Of a DNA stretch of 64,000 bases, positions 32,429 through 41,153 are shown one piece after another. The notes beneath the pieces are model-generated. The model searched no databases. It had not been told where the DNA came from and saw only the letters and a list, made by a program, of their open reading frames with translations. A program made the position numbers and the translations under genes. Numbering within the stretch: position 1 is the first letter of the stretch; each line of letters begins with the position of its first letter. Source of the stretch: a virus (Duplodnaviria; Caudoviricetes); the IMG/VR virus record IMGVR_UViG_3300024255_001563, positions 128,001 through 192,000 of that record, one strand, 5' to 3'.

Positions 32429-33686
32429 ATGGTTTAAACTCTGGTGTAGCATCAAGAAAAGACTGATTACGGCTTGCATCTAATCTTTTATTGTATTCGA
32501 TAGTGTCTTGCCATAAATTGCTTTGATCGTTTGCTTTTATAAAATTAATTATTCCGTCTATTTGACCTAGCGTAATATTTAATAGTATTGGATTTTCTTT
32601 TACATAATAAAAGTTAGGAACATCTAATTTTATAGTTTCTAATCGTCTAATTGCTTCTAGCTTTAATTCTTCGGGCAATACTTGTGGACATAATACTCTA
32701 GGATAATTTACCATGTTTGTGTAAAATACAATTCCTATATTGTTAAGAAAGTGTTCTATCATTTTATCTAGTATTAATACATTACTAACTTGTACAGCAA
32801 CAGCACCTACTATTCTTGTAATATTAGGAAAAGTTTTAAAAACTTTTATGTTCTCCATAATGTCTTCGAACTTGCCATTGCCTCGTACATATTCGTAACT
32901 ATCGCCTATACCATCTATACTTACATTAAGTGCGATTGTTTTAAACTTGGGCCAATAGTCGTGTATAGTACGTCCACCTTTAATACCGGTAGTTGTTCCG
33001 TTAGTAGCATACTTTAGTTCAATGTTTTCTCCGTATGGAGCCAACATATCGAGTATACGATAATGTTGCGGATCCATTAATGGTTCTCCCCCAGCAAACT
33101 CTACACGTCTAAAGTAAGGCAATAACTTTTCAAAACTATTCCACCAATTTGGATTGTCATCAAATTTGTCCAAATAAGGTTTTTTCATTAAGTTGAGCTT
33201 ACGTATTTCCTCAACCATAAAGTTACCTTCTTTCACATAAAATTCTTCTACTTCTTTATAGTCATTCCAACTAGTACTATCCATTGGATGACACATACGA
33301 CATTTTAAATTGCACAAGTTATTGAGCTTAATTTCCATAGTAGGAATTTCGAAAGGCATGCTATAATCTTCGTCTAATGCGTCTAATGCATCAGGGTATA
33401 AGTTGACCCTAGCTTCCGGTATTACTCCTGCTATATGACGCTGTCGTAAGCTCTCTACCCCCTGATCTTCAAGGTTAAAGCATGGCGCACATTCGCTAGG
33501 ACGATCATTATTTAAAACTTGTTTTCGAATACGTTTCATAGTATCGTTATTCCAAATTTCTTCAAGAGTTTGTTCTTGTATATTACCTACAGGATGACTA
33601 CGACAGCAAGCCATGACAGCACCGTCACTGCGTGTTGCAAGTCCTGTAAAAGGATGCATACAGAATGTACATGATTTATTTTGCAT
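32421..33686 (-). CDS. Radical SAM protein, type A
   Basis: CNLKCRMC; AGGEP; 'FCMHPFTG...ACC...ECAPC'. Confidence 0.9.
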   Translation of the reverse strand: MQNKSCTFCMHPFTGLATRSDGAVMACCRSHPVGNIQEQTLEEIWNNDTMKRIRKQVLNNDRPSECAPCFNLEDQGVESLRQRHIAGVIPEARVNLYPDALDALDEDYSMPFEIPTMEIKLNNLCNLKCRMCHPMDSTSWNDYKEVEEFYVKEGNFMVEEIRKLNLMKKPYLDKFDDNPNWWNSFEKLLPYFRRVEFAGGEPLMDPQHYRILDMLAPYGENIELKYATNGTTTGIKGGRTIHDYWPKFKTIALNVSIDGIGDSYEYVRGNGKFEDIMENIKVFKTFPNITRIVGAVAVQVSNVLILDKMIEHFLNNIGIVFYTNMVNYPRVLCPQVLPEELKLEAIRRLETIKLDVPNFYYVKENPILLNITLGQIDGIINFIKANDQSNLWQDTIEYNKRLDASRNQSFLDATPEFKPYA

Positions 33687-34374
33687 TATCTACTGCCCAA
33701 TCTCTTTCTTTGCACCAAAAGCACTCATTACAGACAGGAACTAATTCGCCTTTTTTATAGTTTCTATAATCTAACCAATCAAACGTTCCTTCACAACTTC
33801 TAGTAATATTAAATAAATCTACAATGTCTTCTTGTTTATATTTTTCAATTAACTTATCTTTGCTAGTAAAACGAAATGGATGAATAGCATATCTTTCCAT
33901 ATGTTCCATTATAAGTAAATGTTTATTTTCTTCTGTAGGTTCAATATCTCGTTCTATCATTCCGCCTAAGTTTTCATTTGGATTTTTAGTAACACCATTA
34001 TAGTAAGCATCAACATTATTTTTAAAGCATACGTATTCTGCATACGATCTTATTTGTATATTATCACCACTTACTATTTTACCGTATTCGTCTTTGATAC
34101 TAGGTCCTATTTCTCCGTATTCAATATCAGGAGCAATAAAGTTTTTATGTAGTTTAAAGTTTATTGCTGGAAATCTTTTTCTAATCCATGTTATAACATA
34201 TTCTGCATCGTGTTCTTGCCAAGGTTTAGTTTTCCAACATCTTACATTATTGATAATATGAACTGTCTGACTAGTAACTTCTTTGCATAGTAGATATAAT
34301 AGTAATGCACTGTCTGCACCGCCGCTAACACTTACAGCAATATTATTCCATTTCTTGTCAAAAAATAAATTCAT
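33676..34374 (-). CDS. QueC-like PP-loop ATP pyrophosphatase (232 aa)
   Basis: 'IAVSVSGGADSALL' PP-loop; C-terminal Zn-binding-like 'TRSC...VCNECFWCKER'. Confidence 0.65.
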   Translation of the reverse strand: MNLFFDKKWNNIAVSVSGGADSALLLYLLCKEVTSQTVHIINNVRCWKTKPWQEHDAEYVITWIRKRFPAINFKLHKNFIAPDIEYGEIGPSIKDEYGKIVSGDNIQIRSYAEYVCFKNNVDAYYNGVTKNPNENLGGMIERDIEPTEENKHLLIMEHMERYAIHPFRFTSKDKLIEKYKQEDIVDLFNITRSCEGTFDWLDYRNYKKGELVPVCNECFWCKERDWAVDNAK

Positions 34375-35213
34375 TTTTCTAAGTACCTTAGTAATGGGCT
34401 TACTCCTACTGGAGACCCACTACGATCTTTAGCAATATGTATACTGTTAGTTTCTTTTAAATTAAAATCTTTACAGATTTTTGAATAGTTTTCTAAATGA
34501 GTGCTCCAAAGATGTCCAGGCCTTGTATTTTTTAAAAAATGTAAACCTACCATTGCAAGCACTCTATTATTCATACGAAAGTCATTCATGATGCTAATTG
34601 AATCAGTAGTGTCTTTTGACCAACGCACACCAATTCTGTTCCAACCTAGTCCTAATCCTTTGCTTAAACTAATAGCAACGCTTTTTATAGCAGGATGATT
34701 AAAATTAAAATTAATATTTCTTGAACAAGTAATCCACGCTCCGTCTATGTGTACAGGTATACTCATATTATAGCATAAGTCTAATAATTTGTCAACGTCT
34801 TGTATAATGTCTCCTGTGCTAGGAAACGGCAATGCAAGTATAAGAGGAATGTTATCTTTTAATGTGTCTATAGTAACAGGCGTATTTCCTAATCGTTGAT
34901 GGTATTTATAATCGCCTTTTAGTGTTTGTACATCTCCGACCATATATTGATTGTCTATAAATTGTGTACAACCAATACAGATATCTTTTCGACTGAATGT
35001 TTCAAATCCTGTCAAATTGTTTTGTGGCATTAGTTGAATCCAAGCCTCGCACTCTTTAATAAAATCTTTGTACACTTGATCACTAGTGTCTTTACTAAAG
35101 TCATTTTGCATAACTTCTTGTATTAGACGTTCTATAGTTTTATCGGTTAATGGCTGCGGCCTATCAGTGTCTAGCCAGTCTTCTGTGTATGTTGTTGCTG
35201 TAAGTATATTCAC
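34371..35213 (-). CDS. PLP-dependent fold-type-I enzyme (aminotransferase/decarboxylase-like)
   Basis: 'PVHIDGAW' (PLP Asp) and 'SVAISLSKGLG' (Schiff-base Lys). GTG start at 35213 inferred to avoid overlap with the divergent gene. Confidence 0.65.
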   Translation of the reverse strand: MNILTATTYTEDWLDTDRPQPLTDKTIERLIQEVMQNDFSKDTSDQVYKDFIKECEAWIQLMPQNNLTGFETFSRKDICIGCTQFIDNQYMVGDVQTLKGDYKYHQRLGNTPVTIDTLKDNIPLILALPFPSTGDIIQDVDKLLDLCYNMSIPVHIDGAWITCSRNINFNFNHPAIKSVAISLSKGLGLGWNRIGVRWSKDTTDSISIMNDFRMNNRVLAMVGLHFLKNTRPGHLWSTHLENYSKICKDFNLKETNSIHIAKDRSGSPVGVSPLLRYLEK

Positions 35214-35240
35214 ATCGTATTTACCTGAGTTAACTGCGCA

Positions 35241-35248
35241 GATAAATA
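35241..35248 (+). promoter_or_regulatory. T4-like late promoter (GATAAATA)
   Basis: Located in the 40-nt divergent gap, just before the 35254/35263 ATGs. Confidence 0.55.
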
Positions 35249-35253
35249 TTTCT

Positions 35254-35928
35254 ATGTTAACAATGACACAATATAATGTTCCTCCTCTCTTCCTTAAAGA
35301 CGGGTTAGATTCGATACCTTCTGAATCTTTTAGGACTGCAATTAACAAACCTACAGGAAATTTTTTCTATGACCCATGGGTTATAGCTGATGAATTTAAA
35401 GATACAGTTTGGGAAAGAATTTATAATACTTTGCTGGTAGAAGATAAGGGAGAAGCTAGATTAATTAAATTAGAACCTGGCGAGTGTTATCAATCACATG
35501 CAGATATTGATGACAGGTATCATCTTAATCTAAGTGGCAATAACTGTTTTCTTATTAATTTAGAAACTGAAAAACTAACGCCTTTAAATTTTGATGGTAT
35601 TTGGTGGGAAATGGATGCAGGAAGTATACACACTGCGGCAAATTTTGGCAATCGGACTAGATATCAGTTAGTAATAAGAAAACTACTTGACAAAGTAATA
35701 CTTGACAAGCCTGTTGAAGTAAGTATTACTATTCCTAAAACAGTAGATCAAGAAGACTGTAGATATATTTTTGACCAAAGAGTAAGTCCTTGGCTTAACA
35801 AAGCAAATAAACTAGGACTTATACAAGACTTCAAATATGCACCAAGAAACGTTAATTTCAAAACTACAAAAGAGAACATAGAAGATATTCAAGATATACT
35901 ACCAAGCGAGTTTACTTTAAATGTATGA
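35254..35928 (+). CDS. 2OG-Fe(II) oxygenase, Asp/Asn beta-hydroxylase-like cupin
   Basis: 'ARLIKLEPGECYQSHADID...SIHTAAN...TRYQLV' gives HxD...H...R. Start trimmed from 35086. Confidence 0.75.
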   Translation: MLTMTQYNVPPLFLKDGLDSIPSESFRTAINKPTGNFFYDPWVIADEFKDTVWERIYNTLLVEDKGEARLIKLEPGECYQSHADIDDRYHLNLSGNNCFLINLETEKLTPLNFDGIWWEMDAGSIHTAANFGNRTRYQLVIRKLLDKVILDKPVEVSITIPKTVDQEDCRYIFDQRVSPWLNKANKLGLIQDFKYAPRNVNFKTTKENIEDIQDILPSEFTLNV

Positions 35929-37120
35929 TACTAAAGACTGGAAACACTTTTTAAAAATTGATCCTGAATCATTTGACAGGACAATGAATAATAATTTATA
36001 TACTCCATTTGTGAGTCCGGATGGAAAAATTTTATGTATGCACTGGGATAAAGCCAGTGAATATCAAAAACGAGACGGACAAGGAAGGGTACTTACAAAT
36101 GATCTAATGGATTTCTTTTTTGAAAGAGAATTAAAATACCTAAAATTATTTAAAAACTATGCCTGGTGTCCAGAAGTATTGTCTATAGATTATACCAATA
36201 AAAAAATTTTTATAGAATGGCATAACGAAACTTGCAATGACATTATATACGGTGAAGGTGATATAGACAAACAATTTCCTGATTGGCAAGAACAACTCTT
36301 TACTATAATTAATGATATTACAAAAAGTGGACATTATAAAACTAGTTTGTATCCTCATTGTTTTTTCTTTAATAGTAAAGGACAATTAAAAACATTTGAT
36401 ATGTATGCATGTACACATAAAGATGATCCTTATATTTCCTTTGAGCAAATAAAAGGTATGATGGGTAAAGAATCTATGGAAAGTGGTAGATTCAAAGAAG
36501 CGTCAGAAGGCGATTCTTTAAACTTAGGAAAATTTTTTAAACGAGCATTAGCCGAACATGTAATATGGCCCCATAATGCATTACAAAGAATATATGAGCG
36601 TGTATTTTTTGATTGGAACAATGTTATTGATGACTTAGAAAAACAAGACGGTGTAAGTATTACTGCTGATCCAAGTAAATGGAATCTAGATACACCGGGA
36701 TATACAGACATTTATAAGTTATGGCAAGAAGCAAACTTTAATCCTAGTGCAATTAAATGGATTAACTATTACCCTAAGACCCACTATTCTAAAAAAATTA
36801 TAGATGAACTATCTGAAGGGTTGCATATTAAAGTATTGCGATCTTGGATTAGTAAAATAGAGCCAGGATACTTTGCACCTTGGCACTGGGATGTTGACGA
36901 TAACGAAGAAGAGTATTTACAAGGTGGCGATATTGTTAGATATAGTTGTTTCATTGAACCGCCTGCAATGGGTCATGTGTTTATAATTAACGATGATTAT
37001 TACTTTAATATGCTACAAGGCAAAATAGTAAAATGGAATAATTATAAAGATTGGCATTGTGGAATTAATGGCGGATTAAAATCTAAATATATGTTACATA
37101 TATTAGGAAATCCTTTATAA
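35921..37120 (+). CDS. Fusion: N-terminal kinase-fold domain + C-terminal 2OG-Fe(II) cupin (399 aa)
   Basis: N-terminal 'FFERELKYLKLF...SLYPHCFF...LKTFDMY'; C-terminal 'SKIEPGYFAPWHWD...DWHCGIN'. Confidence 0.65.
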   Translation: MYDTKDWKHFLKIDPESFDRTMNNNLYTPFVSPDGKILCMHWDKASEYQKRDGQGRVLTNDLMDFFFERELKYLKLFKNYAWCPEVLSIDYTNKKIFIEWHNETCNDIIYGEGDIDKQFPDWQEQLFTIINDITKSGHYKTSLYPHCFFFNSKGQLKTFDMYACTHKDDPYISFEQIKGMMGKESMESGRFKEASEGDSLNLGKFFKRALAEHVIWPHNALQRIYERVFFDWNNVIDDLEKQDGVSITADPSKWNLDTPGYTDIYKLWQEANFNPSAIKWINYYPKTHYSKKIIDELSEGLHIKVLRSWISKIEPGYFAPWHWDVDDNEEEYLQGGDIVRYSCFIEPPAMGHVFIINDDYYFNMLQGKIVKWNNYKDWHCGINGGLKSKYMLHILGNPL

Positions 37121-37657
37121 GGATTTTGACAAATCTTTGTAAGTTGTTATCTGAAAAGTGTATCTAGGTTTAAAACCAATATTAACTGCACCGTGTATAC
37201 ACATCGGGTCACTCCATCTGTATAAATCACCGGCTTTATAGTTACTAATCATCTTATCTTCGTATTGATAAATGTGTCCAGGTTGCCAGTCTTGTAAAAA
37301 TAAAGTGTAACGCTGTGGATCTTCTGCATATACTAATTGTGGGTCAAAATGCATAGGTTGAAATTGTCCTGGTAGCAATTTTATAAACCACCAATAACTT
37401 TCTCTACCTTCTTCTTCGCCTAGCGGAGGAAGCTCAACATTTATACCTTTTATATCAGGACTACTATTAGCATATTGATGAAACACATCTCCTCTATCAG
37501 CATACCCGCTTCTTGTTTTTTCGCGAGCTTCGTCTAGCATAGGATGATCTTTCCACTTATCTGGCTGCCATACTGGAACAACATCACCTGTGCGATTTTC
37601 CATAGCATCCATTATTTCGTCTGTAACGAATTCTCTATAGTTATCTAAAAATATCAT
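37115..37657 (-). CDS. 2OG-Fe(II) oxygenase-like cupin, tandem paralogue 4
   Basis: 'FIKLLPGQFQPMHFD...IHGAVNIG...RYTFQIT'. Confidence 0.75.
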   Translation of the reverse strand: MIFLDNYREFVTDEIMDAMENRTGDVVPVWQPDKWKDHPMLDEAREKTRSGYADRGDVFHQYANSSPDIKGINVELPPLGEEEGRESYWWFIKLLPGQFQPMHFDPQLVYAEDPQRYTLFLQDWQPGHIYQYEDKMISNYKAGDLYRWSDPMCIHGAVNIGFKPRYTFQITTYKDLSKSL

Positions 37658-38163
37658 TTAATTATCCTTTGTGTAATATTTAGGGCAAGTCGAGTAGAAA
37701 ATCCTATATTACTCGATCCATGTAGCAGATCCGGATCAGTAAACATAAACATATCTCCTGCTTTATAGTCGATGGCTAATTCATTATTACAGATTAACAG
37801 ATGGCCCGGTTGATAATCCAGCATTGACATCCAATATCGTGCTACAGTTGTAGTTTCCTCTTCTTCTTGATCAACGTGTAACGGGCTATATTGACCGGGT
37901 TTTTGTTTTATGAACCACCAAAGAACAGCATTCTCGACTGGCATTTCTATATCAAATGGTAAATCGTTTTTTTCAAAAAAACAACTCCATTCCGTTGTAA
38001 GATCATAGCCTGCGTTTTTAAACTTGTTAAAAATATGGTTTTCAAAATCGTTCTCAGATTCTTTGTTACACGGACGAGGAACACCGTCGTTTTCTAACAT
38101 ATACCTTACCCATTCGGGATTAATCCAGTGAGAATAGTTTCCTATATATTTGAGTGATTTCAT
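37654..38163 (-). CDS. 2OG-Fe(II) oxygenase-like cupin, tandem paralogue 3
   Basis: 'FIKQKPGQYSPLHVD...LHGSSNIG..TRLALNIT'. Confidence 0.75.
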   Translation of the reverse strand: MKSLKYIGNYSHWINPEWVRYMLENDGVPRPCNKESENDFENHIFNKFKNAGYDLTTEWSCFFEKNDLPFDIEMPVENAVLWWFIKQKPGQYSPLHVDQEEEETTTVARYWMSMLDYQPGHLLICNNELAIDYKAGDMFMFTDPDLLHGSSNIGFSTRLALNITQRIIK

Positions 38164-38687
38164 TTAGCACTCCATGTAGTAAAATTAAACACTAGTCTAG
38201 TATAATGTCCCATATTACCTCCAGCATGCCAAGCATCGCTTTTATGAAACTTAAACAAATCGCCTTTCTTATAATTGCTTACTTGTTCATTTTCATACCA
38301 GAATATATGCCCTTCTTTAAAGTCTTGCATAGGCATCCAATAACGATTAACATTTAATCCATCTTCTATTGGCAAGTCTTGATGCACCGGTTGTACTTTT
38401 CCAACATTATACTTAACAAACCACCATTCATTATCTGTATAGGTTTCTTCTATTTCTGGTAGTATAAGTTTAAACGGAAATTGTTCTTGTTTATATGAGT
38501 GACAAACTGTATCATTAAAGTCCCATTCTTCTCTACCGTGAAAATCATCATTACCTACAAAACAAGTTTGTTCTACTATATCTTTAGGTATTGCTTTAGG
38601 CAATCTTTCGCCGTCATTGTTTAAAATGTAATCAACCCATTCGTCTGAGATCCAGTCTGCATAATTTCCAATATAAATTAAACTCAT
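38160..38687 (-). CDS. 2OG-Fe(II) oxygenase-like cupin, tandem paralogue 2
   Basis: 'FVKYNVGKVQPVHQD...WHAGGNMG..TRLVFNFT'. Confidence 0.75.
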   Translation of the reverse strand: MSLIYIGNYADWISDEWVDYILNNDGERLPKAIPKDIVEQTCFVGNDDFHGREEWDFNDTVCHSYKQEQFPFKLILPEIEETYTDNEWWFVKYNVGKVQPVHQDLPIEDGLNVNRYWMPMQDFKEGHIFWYENEQVSNYKKGDLFKFHKSDAWHAGGNMGHYTRLVFNFTTWSAK

Positions 38688-39262
38688 TTAGGATACACCG
38701 TTAAGTTAAAGGTTAATCTAGTAGAATGTCCCATATTGCCTCCGCCGTGCCAGATATCTTCGCCGTCGTGTTTGAACATATCTCCTTTTTTGTAGTCTTT
38801 AAGTATTTTATTGTCATAAAGGAACAAATGTCCTCTTTTATAATCTTGTAAAGGTATCAAGTATCTTTCAACATTGTTTTTGTTTGACATTGCTACGCCG
38901 TCAACATACTCTTTTCCGTAATCTGCATAATCTTGATGTACTGGTTGTACCATACCTGGGCGTAGTTTCATAAAAAACCATTCGTGTTCATGAGGTATGT
39001 CAAATGGCATTTCAACTTTAAAAGGAAGTTCGTGTTGTTTATATGTAATACAACAGACCCAATCAGTTCCCCATTCTTCTTTTCCGTCTGCAATTCTAAC
39101 TCCGCTATTAGGATCCTCGCCTCTTATAGCGGCGTCAACCATACCAGGCTCTTCCTCGGCTGTAGCATCTCTTGGAAAACAAGAACCGTCTACAGAAAGA
39201 AAGTGTTCTATCCATTCGTCTTTGATCCAGTCTGCATAATTGTTTACAACCTTTAATGCCAT
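38684..39262 (-). CDS. 2OG-Fe(II) oxygenase-like cupin, tandem paralogue 1
   Basis: 'FMKLRPGMVQPVHQD...WHGGGNMG..TRLTFNLT'. Confidence 0.75.
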   Translation of the reverse strand: MALKVVNNYADWIKDEWIEHFLSVDGSCFPRDATAEEEPGMVDAAIRGEDPNSGVRIADGKEEWGTDWVCCITYKQHELPFKVEMPFDIPHEHEWFFMKLRPGMVQPVHQDYADYGKEYVDGVAMSNKNNVERYLIPLQDYKRGHLFLYDNKILKDYKKGDMFKHDGEDIWHGGGNMGHSTRLTFNLTVYPK

Positions 39263-40068
39263 TAATAACTCTCCAAATGATTAATACCTAATTGTGTGCG
39301 AAATTCTTCTGTAAATTTGCCGTCAATGCGTAGTGCATAACTAGGTTCCATTGTCATTTCGCCACCGTGCCAGTCTTGATCATTCCACCAAGCGGCTCTT
39401 GTATTTAGATATGTTTTATTCTTCTTTTCCGGATCCCATACATAAAACGCTTTTTTAGTGTTAGGTCTAATATGTATAAATTCATTACGATGCGGATATC
39501 TTACATCGACACCGTTTTTAGCATCTAAGTCTCTATGTTCAAAAGGTATTCCTCCTGCTTCAATGCAGAAAAATATGACTCTACCAATATGCTTAAATAT
39601 ACCATTATCGACCATTTGGTTAACCCACTTAACTGCACCTGGAAAATACGCTGCTTCTGGTGTAGGTTTTCTTTCAGCAGTTCTGTCGTTCCAGTCACCT
39701 TCTTCCCAAAGAAAGTAATAAGTGTAAGGATCATATGCACCAACTGCCATTTTTAAATAACGTGTAAATAAATTTCTTGTATGATGATCTTTAATGTTAT
39801 CATACATTTTCATACCTTCTATTTTAATAGGATCGTTGTCGTCTAATGCCATAAACTTGTCAATAGCATACGGAATAGGTAACCAGTTTAATTTATAGCT
39901 ACAGTCGTCCCAAGTAAAACCGGGTCGCATCCATGTACCTTCTTTTGCTAAATCTTTTGCTTCTGCAAATCCTCTTAGTATTTCAGGTTGCAACTTATCA
40001 AACGTAGTCATATCTAAAAATGGTTCTAAGTCAAGATATGGCTTTTTGTCTATACCTTTAAATGACAT
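39262..40068 (-). CDS. Protein with C-terminal Asp/Asn beta-hydroxylase-like cupin (268 aa)
   Basis: 'GRVIFFCIEAGGIPFEHRD...WNDQDWHGG'. Confidence 0.65.
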   Translation of the reverse strand: MSFKGIDKKPYLDLEPFLDMTTFDKLQPEILRGFAEAKDLAKEGTWMRPGFTWDDCSYKLNWLPIPYAIDKFMALDDNDPIKIEGMKMYDNIKDHHTRNLFTRYLKMAVGAYDPYTYYFLWEEGDWNDRTAERKPTPEAAYFPGAVKWVNQMVDNGIFKHIGRVIFFCIEAGGIPFEHRDLDAKNGVDVRYPHRNEFIHIRPNTKKAFYVWDPEKKNKTYLNTRAAWWNDQDWHGGEMTMEPSYALRIDGKFTEEFRTQLGINHLESY

Positions 40069-40069
40069 T

Positions 40070-41116
40070 TTATCTCCTATATTTTTCTGGCACTGTGTCG
40101 TGCAAAGGCAATCCGTTATTTACTGATGCATCTCTTAGTATTGCCTGATGAACAAGTGGGCTAATTGGTTTTCCTGGTAAAAAATCTGCCCAAGTCTCTG
40201 TTTCCATTTCTTCTAAGTCTATAGTTTTTACATCAGGCCATTGTATTAGTTTTATAAAAACTCCGTTAATTAAAACAGGATAATGTGCCCTGATGCCTAA
40301 TTGCGAGTTTGTTTCGTATGTCCAATTATTCTTAACACATAGTTCTTTTACATAACCTACTAGTTGACTTAGATAAATTTTTTCTTCTTTAGGATTTCTT
40401 CCAATGTCTGCACTTACACGTATTCTAAAATGATTGCATATGTCTTTATTAAAATCTAATATTTCTTTAATGCAATCTTCTGTTTGGAATAAACCTTCTA
40501 GAGTAAAACTTACATCTTTTATGTCTAGACCTAAGTCTTTACAGTTACGCATGCCTTCTTCTTGTTTATGTCTTACAGTGTGACCTTGGTAGTCAGGATG
40601 GTTTAACCCTACAGTCCAGCTTACATTATCAAATTCTGTAAACTGCTGTGCATATTCTTTTCTTGAAAGATTCACACCGTTTGTTAATATAAAAATATGT
40701 CGCGGCTTCATATCAATAGAATTAATTGCTTTTATTATATCATATAAATCTTTTCTTACTGTAGGCTCAGCGCCGGCAAAACAAATATTATATCCATCAT
40801 CGTCCCAAGACTTTACTTTATCTACATAATATTGCACAGACTCGTCGATGCTTTTATTATCTGGTATTTGATAACAATGCGGGCATGCTAGATTGCACCT
40901 ATTTGTAAGTTCTATAAAGTAAGTATCTAGTACACGTCTAGGATATTGATAATTTTTGTAAAATTCAGCATTAGGTTCTATCAGGTGCTCGATTTTATCG
41001 TGATCCGGACAATGCTTCTCTAGCCAAACTTGTCCGTCACGTTCTAATTTTATTGCCGGTATGTGTCTATAACAATGTTCGCATAGACTGATAGTGTCAG
41101 ATATCTTGTTCATCAA
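40070..41116 (-). CDS. Radical SAM protein with N-terminal Cys/His metal-binding domain (COG1964-like)
   Basis: CNLACPHC; AGAEP; N-terminal 'SLCEHCYRHIPA...LEKHCPDH'. Confidence 0.85.
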   Translation of the reverse strand: MMNKISDTISLCEHCYRHIPAIKLERDGQVWLEKHCPDHDKIEHLIEPNAEFYKNYQYPRRVLDTYFIELTNRCNLACPHCYQIPDNKSIDESVQYYVDKVKSWDDDGYNICFAGAEPTVRKDLYDIIKAINSIDMKPRHIFILTNGVNLSRKEYAQQFTEFDNVSWTVGLNHPDYQGHTVRHKQEEGMRNCKDLGLDIKDVSFTLEGLFQTEDCIKEILDFNKDICNHFRIRVSADIGRNPKEEKIYLSQLVGYVKELCVKNNWTYETNSQLGIRAHYPVLINGVFIKLIQWPDVKTIDLEEMETETWADFLPGKPISPLVHQAILRDASVNNGLPLHDTVPEKYRR

Positions 41117-41119
41117 TAA

Positions 41120-41127
41120 TATTTATG
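41120..41127 (-). promoter_or_regulatory. T4-like late promoter (CATAAATA)
   Basis: On the - strand just upstream of the 41116 start, in a divergent gap. Confidence 0.55.
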
Positions 41128-41153
41128 ATAAATTATATTAACGGCGGACACTT

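Noticed and set aside
14797-34374. RiPP cluster (SPASM rSAMs acting on a precursor peptide)
   Set aside because: Genes abut or overlap throughout, leaving no room for a small precursor ORF, and no peptidase, RRE or transporter was recognised. A precursor outside the window cannot be excluded.
35086-35348. Apparent 260-nt overlap of divergent genes (listed 34371-35348 and 35086-35928)
   Set aside because: An artefact of longest-ORF calling; starts at 35213 (-) and 35254 (+) leave a 40-nt gap containing a promoter motif.
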